This document shows, one piece after another, positions 58,146 to 64,000 of a stretch of 64,000 nucleotides of DNA. Origin of the DNA: an uncultured Acidobacteriaceae bacterium (GTDB taxonomy: Bacteria > Acidobacteriota > Terriglobia > Terriglobales > Acidobacteriaceae); assembly GCA_963729355.1 (NCBI GenBank), contig CAVSNM010000001.1:227244-291243 (forward strand), given 5' to 3'. Below the pieces are notes generated by a model, which had not been told where the DNA came from, ran no database searches, and worked only from the letters and a program-made list of their open reading frames with translations. Each line of letters opens with the position of its first letter. Positions within the stretch are counted from its first letter, which is position 1. The position numbers and the translations under genes were made by a program.

Positions 58146-59174
58146 ATGAAGAGTGGGCGGAATGGAAAAGAACTGATTCGTGTGCTTGTCTCCGATGGCA
58201 CGCGTATCCACACACAGTTACTTGCTGACGCACTTCGACGCGATCCTTTGCTGGAACCTTTCATTCCGGCGCCTCATTCGACGGAGATAGTGGAGGCGGC
58301 GGTCGCTCGCCATATAGATGTTGCGGTGATCAGCTCTCGTTTAGACGAGGACGCTCTCGGGGGTCTGGCAGCCATGCAAAAAATCCGAGAATTATGCCCT
58401 AAGGTTCGCTTCGTTATTCTCCTGGACTCAACCAGGCCGGAGACGATTCTGGCTTCGTTTCGAGCAGGCGCGAGAGGATTGTTCAGCCGAGACGCATCCG
58501 TGGAATCTCTTTCTGAATGCGTCCGAAAAGTTCATGCCGGAGAGATTTGGGCTAGTTCTGAACAAATGACCATCGCCTTGGAGGCGCTGGTCTCGTCGCC
58601 ACCCGGTCGAGCTGTAAACGTCGACGGTCTCAATCTTCTCTCGGAGCGTGAGCTGGAAGTAGTTTCAAGCCTGGCGGAAGGACTGAGCAACAGGGAAATT
58701 GCAGCTCGTTTGGGACTAAGCCAACACACCATCAAAAATTACTTATTCCGCGTGTTCGACAAGCTGGGGGTGTCAAGTCGGGTCGAACTTTTGTTTCTTG
58801 CCTTAAACCATTCAGTGTCGAGCCAGTCTTCGCAAGACATACATGACTTGGAAAAAGGTATGAGCTTTGCCTCCTGTCAACGTGCAGCGGAACACGGAAT
58901 GCCTCGAGCGCAGATATCACTCGCCAAAATGTACTCAGAGGGCCGCGGCATCCAAAAAGATCCACTGTCCGCCTATAAGTGGTATTTGATTTGCGAGAAA
59001 AGTATCGGTGAGATGAAGGACGCGATCACGGCAGAAAAGAGAAAGACAGCCGAATTACTGACGACCGAAGAAATATTGCAAGCACAAAAACTAGCTTCAG
59101 ATCATGGCAAGAAGACGGTCCGGCCAGCCTCGCTCGATTTTCCGCGACGGGAGTCTGCCACTCAGCAGGTTTAA
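58146..59174 (+). CDS. LuxR/FixJ-type regulator with degenerate receiver domain and C-terminal Sel1-like repeats
   Basis: HTH_LuxR: SERELEVVSSLAEGLSNREIAARLGLSQHTIKNYLFRVFDKLGVSSRVEL. The N-terminal CheY-like fold lacks the phospho-acceptor Asp context (..DVAVISSRL..). The C-terminal AAEHGMPRAQISLAKMYSEGRGIQKDPLSAYKWYLI is a Sel1/SLR repeat. Confidence 0.7.
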   Translation: MKSGRNGKELIRVLVSDGTRIHTQLLADALRRDPLLEPFIPAPHSTEIVEAAVARHIDVAVISSRLDEDALGGLAAMQKIRELCPKVRFVILLDSTRPETILASFRAGARGLFSRDASVESLSECVRKVHAGEIWASSEQMTIALEALVSSPPGRAVNVDGLNLLSERELEVVSSLAEGLSNREIAARLGLSQHTIKNYLFRVFDKLGVSSRVELLFLALNHSVSSQSSQDIHDLEKGMSFASCQRAAEHGMPRAQISLAKMYSEGRGIQKDPLSAYKWYLICEKSIGEMKDAITAEKRKTAELLTTEEILQAQKLASDHGKKTVRPASLDFPRRESATQQV

Positions 59175-59249
59175 GTCTTTACTCTCTGTTTCCCGACACC
59201 CGTCTGCGCTGAGATTCAGGGCGATACGGCTACCCGCTCGATACAAACT

Positions 59250-59876
59250 TTATGCTTTCGAACAACGAGATTTCTTCACCACCAGCATTATTGCCATTGC
59301 CATCGCCGTGATCATCACCAATCCCAAAGAGGATGGTTCGGGCACATTCGCTATCGTGCCTCCGGCTGTGCCAAGCAGGTCAAATCCGCGGTAGTTGGGA
59401 GGAGAGGCCGGACTCGACGGTGGAACAAATTCTGTTACGCAGGTAGCGGTCTCGCAATCCCAAAAGAAAGACCCGACAATGACTGGCGTCTCTCGGACGG
59501 AGCCATCTAGGTTTAGGACAACATAACCTTCGACGAAGATCACATCCCCGCCGCTGTCGGTGAATTCTAGATCGAAGGGCACTCCCGGGACAACAAACGC
59601 ATTACCAGAAAAATTAAGCCAAGGACTGACCGTGAAGGAAGAGCCCAGGGGACCCGTCGCAGAGGTGACGCTACCAAATGCCTCCGGCTCAGGCAGCGCA
59701 CCCTTGTAGGTAGGGACCATAATGTGAATGGTGAAGGCAATGCTCTCGGCACATGTTCCTCCGCAAGCGGAGTTTCCGGTGATGGACAGGTCACCCGTCC
59801 CGAAGAATGAATCCGCCCGCATCGTACCAGCCATCACCATTACCGCAATCGCCAGACCTAGATATTTCATCTTCAT
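59250..59876 (-). CDS. PEP-CTERM sorting-domain protein (exosortase substrate)
   Basis: Signal peptide MKMKYLGLAIAVMVMAGTMRADS. The C-terminus VPEPSSLGLVMITAMAMAIMLVVKKSRCSKA is a PEP motif, a TM helix and a basic tail. Confidence 0.85.
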   Translation of the reverse strand: MKMKYLGLAIAVMVMAGTMRADSFFGTGDLSITGNSACGGTCAESIAFTIHIMVPTYKGALPEPEAFGSVTSATGPLGSSFTVSPWLNFSGNAFVVPGVPFDLEFTDSGGDVIFVEGYVVLNLDGSVRETPVIVGSFFWDCETATCVTEFVPPSSPASPPNYRGFDLLGTAGGTIANVPEPSSLGLVMITAMAMAIMLVVKKSRCSKA

Positions 59877-60151
59877 GATTCCTGCTTTCCTACGGTTCCA
59901 AGTTTCGTTCCGATTTAGGAGCTTGTCAACGGCATATCCGTGAGGACCAATCCGCGGATGGTCAGCACGATCCGAGCTATCTCGGCTGGACTTTACACAT
60001 CTCGCATTTGATTAGGGCGCATTCAACCTGGACCGTAACGCTATCAATACGGTACCGATATCAGAATCCCAAATAGTGGCACTTTGAGCTGAGATTCGTA
60101 TCGGAGGCGGGGTTATCGAACACTCAACGACTGTGAAAACTGAAGAACAAC

Positions 60152-60376
60152 TCATATATGCATTGCCGAATGACAATAACTGCATAGTGCGATGAGGTTT
60201 TCCGCGGAATCGTTTCCCGATTGGCTCCGAAACTGTTGGTGGTGGACTTCGAGGTTCTGTAACGATCCGCAATTTTGACAACGCCAGCCGTCCCGGTTGA
60301 GTACCGAGAGTCTCAGCTGTGCATAGGTTTCGGGACTAAGTTGGATTCGCGGATTTTTCGGAGGGATTCTGATCAC
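60152..60376 (-). CDS. HNH endonuclease (small)
   Basis: ..RDGWRCQNCGSLQNLEVHHQQFRSQSGNDSAENLIALCSYCHSAMH is a CxxC...HH...N...CxxCH HNH zinc-finger motif. The GTG at 60376 overlaps the upstream stop (GTGA), which is preferred over the listed longer ORF. Confidence 0.75.
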   Translation of the reverse strand: MIRIPPKNPRIQLSPETYAQLRLSVLNRDGWRCQNCGSLQNLEVHHQQFRSQSGNDSAENLIALCSYCHSAMHI

Positions 60377-61074
60377 GCCGATACTTTCTGATCGATTTGG
60401 TCGAGAAATGTTCGCTTTTGTTGCACGGGAAGAAACTTGAACATTCTGGCGACTGAGTCCAGCAGTACATCCGGAGTTGCGCAATCCAAATTTGCACCAG
60501 CGAGAAAGTCGGCGCAGATCATCTCAAGGCAGTAGCCTCGCGACTTGTCGGTACCGAGCATTAAGACAGCCGTTTCGATTGCCTGCTCAATCACCGGGAT
60601 CTGGCTCTTGTAGAGTTTGAAGTAAATGATCTCCCAAGGTTCGGTTTCCTTGCCGGTTAGTTCCCTCTCCACTTCCCGCTTGAACTCTTCTTTTGGTAAA
60701 GACCGTGCCCTGTGCAACCAGGTTGCACAATCGAACTCCTGCCCGTCCCGGCGTGCCACTTTTGCCAGTTCCAGCCCCTTGGTCCAGCCCACTTCCTTCA
60801 ATTCTTTTCTGGCCTGCGGTGGCAGGTGCTCGTGAATCGACATCAGGTAATACGCCTTCCGTCGCGATTCCGGAAACCGCCTCTCCAGAAAATCGTCGAA
60901 TGACTTCAGGTTCTCCACCCGCCAGTATTGCCCTCCCCTGACTTCACACAGATATCGCCCAAGTTCCACAAACTTCGTATCGCGCTCGGCATCTTTTTGC
61001 TGCTCCCACGCCAAGATCTCATCGATCTTGGACAGCACGAATTGAGCTCGCCGACGATTCAGCTTGGGCAGCAT
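60373..61074 (-). CDS. Hypothetical phage-associated protein
   Basis: 234 aa from MLPKLNRRRAQFV... The helical N-terminal region ..FVELGRYLCEVRGGQYWRVENLKSFDDFLERRF..SRRKAYYLMSI.. resembles DUF3102-like phage/plasmid proteins. There is no confident assignment. Confidence 0.3.
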   Translation of the reverse strand: MLPKLNRRRAQFVLSKIDEILAWEQQKDAERDTKFVELGRYLCEVRGGQYWRVENLKSFDDFLERRFPESRRKAYYLMSIHEHLPPQARKELKEVGWTKGLELAKVARRDGQEFDCATWLHRARSLPKEEFKREVERELTGKETEPWEIIYFKLYKSQIPVIEQAIETAVLMLGTDKSRGYCLEMICADFLAGANLDCATPDVLLDSVARMFKFLPVQQKRTFLDQIDQKVSA

Positions 61075-61084
61075 GGGCGGGTTC

Positions 61085-61885
61085 CTAGAAATTAAGTTCG
61101 TCAAGCCAATCAAATTCTTGTCCTGGCCGCCGGATTAGATTTGCATCAATGATTTCTGGTCTTCCCAGGCATAGCCCAATGTAGGAGCAGCTGGTGCATG
61201 GGTTCTGGGGAAACCGGACTCCGCTATGCGGCAGAAATTGGACTGACTCAATCCTGGCGACTGTATCTTCCACCAGCCGCCCGAATTCCTCCTGTTGCTG
61301 TGAGGTAATCGTGGTTCGAAAGTATTGAACCTCCACCATTCGCTTCCGCACGAACACAACCTCCGCGACCTCGCTAATGCCGGTAATCCAGGAGTAGCAA
61401 ATCAGCTGAGGATCCAAACTCAAGAGTCCCTCGGGCTGCTCCGGATAGCGGCTCGAGGTAGTCTTCCATTCCAGGAGGCATTTAGTGCCGTCTAACATCC
61501 CGATGGCATCGACGTAGGCCACAAAATCGTTCGTCGGCGAAACAGATTTTGTGAACTTGATCTGCAGATTCCGTTTAGGCTGACGAATGCGAATTCGATC
61601 CTCTTGGGCGAATCGATCGAGCAGTTGGACACCCTGCTGCAGCATCCGGTCCCACGTGACTCCACTCGAATAGGTAACGCTGGCTTGCTGATACGCACTC
61701 CATTCGCGGAACAATGCTGCGGCAGCGTCTTCGCGGCGAAAGTAAGCGCCCAATGCAGTTTCAAAAGCTCGCCCAAATAGCATGGCAGCCCGAGTGTCTT
61801 TTTCTTTCCAGCCGTCGAGGTAGCGATGCTTGTAACGGCGAGGACAAGCGAGGTAGTGGCTGATTTGGGTGTAACTGTAGGTCAC
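61085..61885 (-). CDS. PD-(D/E)XK nuclease, Cas4/RecB-exonuclease-like with Fe-S Cys cluster
   Basis: N-terminal ..YLACPRRYKHRYL.., catalytic ..DAIGMLDG.KCLLEWKT.. (D...ExK), ..Y.QL..Y.., and C-terminal CTSCSYIGLC. Together with the N-terminal Cys this gives the 4-Cys signature of Cas4-like nucleases. Confidence 0.7.
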   Translation of the reverse strand: MTYSYTQISHYLACPRRYKHRYLDGWKEKDTRAAMLFGRAFETALGAYFRREDAAAALFREWSAYQQASVTYSSGVTWDRMLQQGVQLLDRFAQEDRIRIRQPKRNLQIKFTKSVSPTNDFVAYVDAIGMLDGTKCLLEWKTTSSRYPEQPEGLLSLDPQLICYSWITGISEVAEVVFVRKRMVEVQYFRTTITSQQQEEFGRLVEDTVARIESVQFLPHSGVRFPQNPCTSCSYIGLCLGRPEIIDANLIRRPGQEFDWLDELNF

Positions 61886-62328
61886 GGAGCGACCTCGTTA
61901 GTGATGATCCCGCGTATGGACGGGCCTGAAAATTCCTGCCACTGGCTGGCAGGAGCGAATCCATCGAAGCTGGTCAAGGTTGTGCCGTTGACCACCGTAT
62001 GACTAACCTTGACCACGCCGCTCAACCCCGGCATTGCCTTTTCGTCGACTTCGACTTCGTCTCTTCCGAGGAGTTCCGGGTCATAAGTGAAATCCCGCAG
62101 AAACCAGCCCAGCTTCCACAGCGCTTTAGCTGTGCAGTAGAGGCGTCCGGAAATAATGTGGCCGTTCAATTCTTGCGGTTCTAAGACAGAGAGGCGGAGA
62201 GAGTAGAACGGTTTCTGGGCGTGCCAGCGGTACTGGGCTCTTTCGACCTGCACCAAGTAAACGCCGTCGGGAACGTCTTGTTCAGCGGTTGTAGCGGTTT
62301 GGCCAAGTCCCTGGAATCGTCGAGTCAT
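61882..62328 (-). CDS. DUF669-like phage protein
   Basis: 148 aa. ..VPDGVYLVQVERAQ......KPFYSLRLSVLEP.ELNGHIISGRLY.. follows the DUF669 pattern that commonly accompanies phage annealase/exonuclease genes. It overlaps both neighbours by 4 nt. Confidence 0.4.
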   Translation of the reverse strand: MTRRFQGLGQTATTAEQDVPDGVYLVQVERAQYRWHAQKPFYSLRLSVLEPQELNGHIISGRLYCTAKALWKLGWFLRDFTYDPELLGRDEVEVDEKAMPGLSGVVKVSHTVVNGTTLTSFDGFAPASQWQEFSGPSIRGIITNEVAP

Positions 62329-63086
62329 GCAGCACCTTCCTTATTTCCCATGTAGCTGTTGAGTTGGCAGAGCAAAGCATTGCGATCCTTTTCCGCCCAG
62401 TCAGCCAAATGAACGACAAAGTTTTCGACCTGCTCGCGCGTGGCATCGCGCAGAGCTTTTGTGCCGCAGAAATCGACGGCATAGGACTTCACTAGACTCG
62501 GGTCGAGCTGATGCCGACGAATGATTTGGCAGAGCCGATCTCTTACGCGAGGACCGGTAGGGTTGGAATGCCCATTGACCGGTTGAGGCGGAATCTTCTT
62601 CGAGGATTGAACTTGTGCGCCAGGCCCAGAGAACGATCCGATTTCCTCTACCGAGCAGATGCCGATCCCGTACGCCTTCCGCAGAGCGCGATTGACGGCC
62701 CGGGTCTCCGCGACGCGCATCTCCGCACCAAGAACCAAGGGCGAGACATTGGACGGATCCGCGTCACCGTAACCGACAAAGCCCATACAAGTTCGAGATT
62801 TGTAAACCGTTGCCTTGAAGGCCCATCGGTTTCCAGGCCCATCGGAGAATCCCCCAAGGCACTCCACATTTATTCCAGAGCATTTCCTTCTTTGAGCAAT
62901 TCTCAAGAGTCCCGAGTGGCTTACATACCACCGTTCATCCAGGTAAAGCACGTCGCCCAAAACCAGCGACACCAGATATTGTTGGCTCAGCTCTTTTAGG
63001 GCGGCAAGTGCCGTCCGGGGCAGTCTCCCCCACATTTGCTTTGCGAGTCTTGCATTTCGACTCCCTAAGATTGTTGTCTCCGTCAT
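62325..63086 (-). CDS. Rad52/Sak-like single-strand annealing protein (candidate)
   Basis: ..FKATVY......FVGYGDADPSNV....LGAEMRVAETRAVNRALRKAYGIGICSVEE parallels the Rad52-fold signature (G.G......K.A.TDALKRAL..FG.G). Confidence 0.45.
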   Translation of the reverse strand: MTETTILGSRNARLAKQMWGRLPRTALAALKELSQQYLVSLVLGDVLYLDERWYVSHSGLLRIAQRRKCSGINVECLGGFSDGPGNRWAFKATVYKSRTCMGFVGYGDADPSNVSPLVLGAEMRVAETRAVNRALRKAYGIGICSVEEIGSFSGPGAQVQSSKKIPPQPVNGHSNPTGPRVRDRLCQIIRRHQLDPSLVKSYAVDFCGTKALRDATREQVENFVVHLADWAEKDRNALLCQLNSYMGNKEGAA

Positions 63087-63098
63087 AAGAAATTCTCG

Positions 63099-63151
63099 AT
63101 TATATGCGTAGGCGCCTACGCATTTCTAATTATGCGTAGGCGCTTACGCAA
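63099..63151. promoter_or_regulatory. Tandem palindromic operators overlapping a TATAAT box for the leftward phage-like operon
   Basis: ATGCGTAGGCGCCTACGCAT (63104-63123) is a perfect 20-bp palindrome. ATGCGTAGGCGCTTACGCAA (63132-63151) is a near copy 28 bp away. The minus-strand TATAAT at 63104-63099 lies 12 nt upstream of the ATG at 63086. Confidence 0.6.
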
Positions 63152-63215
63152 TGTCAAGCGCTTTTGCGGATCGGTTGCATTTCTTGGGTCGGTTCAGGCA
63201 TAAAGGTGTCCAGAC

Positions 63216-63365
63216 ATGCCGAAGAAGAATCCTCACGCGGTCGCATTAGGAAAAATGGGGGGCTCGAAGGGCGGGAAGAGAAGAGCCGCTAAGATGTCTC
63301 CTGAGGAGAGGAGCGCTAGCGCCAAGAAAGCTGCACTTGCTAGATGGGCCAAAGAGAAGAAATAG
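63216..63365 (+). CDS. Small basic protein (49 aa), not in the supplied ORF track
   Basis: ATG at 63216 preceded by AAAGGTG. It translates MPKKNPHAVALGKMGGSKGGKRRAAKMSPEERSASAKKAALARWAKEKK*. I recognise this sequence type as a recurrent small ORF in environmental bacterial genomes; its function is unknown. Confidence 0.5.
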   Translation: MPKKNPHAVALGKMGGSKGGKRRAAKMSPEERSASAKKAALARWAKEKK

Positions 63366-63780
63366 AATAGTCACGGCTTCTAACCGATAACCTGGCGACG
63401 GTACGCGAAAAGCACGAATCCGCACTAACCCCGCTTCAAACTTCCTTAATAACTCTCTTCAAGTACTAGTTGAGACTATTATTGGTCATGCATGATACCG
63501 TTAGTCTTCGCGGGTGTAAGAAGTTGGCTCTAGTCTGATGTACTAAGGACTTTTGACACCCTTCGAAGGCCCGGCTATAAAGGGCGGAAGTATTCATCTT
63601 CGCCTAGCATTTAAGCGCTGGCTCCGGCATTTCACTTGGCTTCCAATGATCCGGAGACTGCACAGCCTTCACATCTGACGCGACAAATTCTTTTTCTTCC
63701 CTGCCTGGCGCCTATCGCGCTAGCGGAAGCCAATTCTTATGCAAGGCAGTCAGCACGGTTCATAAATGGGAGACAAAACT

Positions 63781-64000
63781 ATGAGACTTTCGAAGAAAGT
63801 TACGAACAGCGTCATCGCGGCGAATCGTGAGAATGCAAAGAAATCGACAGGACCGAAAACTTTGGAGGGGAAATCCGCAATGCGATATAACGCGGTGAAG
63901 CATGGACTTTTGGCAAGACAAATATTGTTCCGCCACGACGAAGCTCGACAGCGAGAATTCAAGAAGTTCTTGGATGATCTTGAACACGATCTCATGCCGA
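63781..64000 (+). CDS. Hypothetical protein, 5' part only (runs off the window)
   Basis: ATG at 63781 preceded by GGGAGA. It translates MRLSKKVTNSVIAANRENAKKSTGPKTLEGKSAMRYNAVKHGLLARQILF... and stays open to the window end. The NR.NA.KSTGP.T.EGK....NA.KHGL N-terminus is a recurrent motif of uncharacterised proteins. It is not in the ORF track because no stop codon is reached. Confidence 0.5.
   Translation, partial: MRLSKKVTNSVIAANRENAKKSTGPKTLEGKSAMRYNAVKHGLLARQILFRHDEARQREFKKFLDDLEHDLMP

Larger units (their letters stand above)
60152..64000. mobile_element. Edge of a phage-like element (recombination module, operators, small ORFs); right end outside the window
   Basis: The gene content listed below is typical of temperate-phage early regions. 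No integrase or att site is visible in the window. The left boundary lies somewhere in 59877-60151. Confidence 0.5.

Noticed and set aside
63636-63995. Listed ORFs 63636-63830 (+), 63750-63995 (-) and 63760-63987 (-).
   Set aside because: They overlap the plus-strand frame starting at 63781. That frame has a good RBS and a recognisable conserved N-terminal motif. The listed ORFs have no motifs.

Overview
All calls below come from reading the sequence and ORF translations by eye. No HMM or BLAST search, tRNA scanner or composition calculation was run, so family assignments are motif-level and coordinates of degenerate repeats are approximate.

The window reads as a chromosomal segment of an Acidobacteriota-like bacterium. 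This is an inference from gene content: giant TonB receptors, a Ser/Thr kinase fused to a PD40 propeller, PEP-CTERM proteins and a sigma-54-type regulator.

Layout:
- (i) 1-13.1 kb is a mixed region. It holds a 5'-truncated TonB-dependent receptor, methionine synthase split into two overlapping ORFs, a DUF1311/LprI-like gene, an IS5/IS1182-type transposase remnant, a Tat-exported GH127-like hydrolase, and a Ser/Thr kinase-PD40 gene broken by three frameshifts.
- (ii) 13.4-57.5 kb is one uninterrupted minus-strand exopolysaccharide locus of about 38 genes, Wzx/Wzy type, of the PEP-CTERM/exosortase-associated kind. It encodes OPX exporter, PCP, BY-kinase, ExeA-like ATPase, OM barrel, priming transferase, a WlbA/C/B-like diacetamido-sugar trio, many GT2/GT4/GT32/GT39 enzymes, two flippases, a Wzy/ligase-like protein, three methyltransferases, CE4/YdjC deacetylases, two FemAB-like proteins, an AsnB-like protein, an ATP-grasp protein, a PHP protein and an embedded tRNA-Thr.
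- (iii) 57.5-59.9 kb holds a 650-bp divergent control region, a LuxR-Sel1 regulator and a PEP-CTERM protein.
- (iv) 60.1-64.0 kb is the edge of a phage-like element: Rad52-like annealase, DUF669-like protein, Cas4-like nuclease, HNH, palindromic operators and small ORFs.

Most notable observations:
- Recombination scars show how the EPS locus was rebuilt. One is a tandem-duplication junction followed by cassette replacement at 26.7-31.4 kb. The other is a pair of direct repeats carrying a gene-end remnant that flank a 4.6-kb block at 8.2-13.5 kb.
- A GGA-rich dispersed repeat family occurs three times.
- A tRNA lies inside the operon and overlaps the stop codon of the upstream gene.
- An unusual amide/peptide-type decoration module combines ATP-grasp, PHP, YdjC, FemAB-like, a Cys-less AsnB-like protein and GT2.
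- The priming transferase carries a degenerate GGDEF-like N-terminal domain.
- The EBP regulator has a degenerate GAFTGA loop.
- No exosortase or PrsK kinase is present anywhere in the window.
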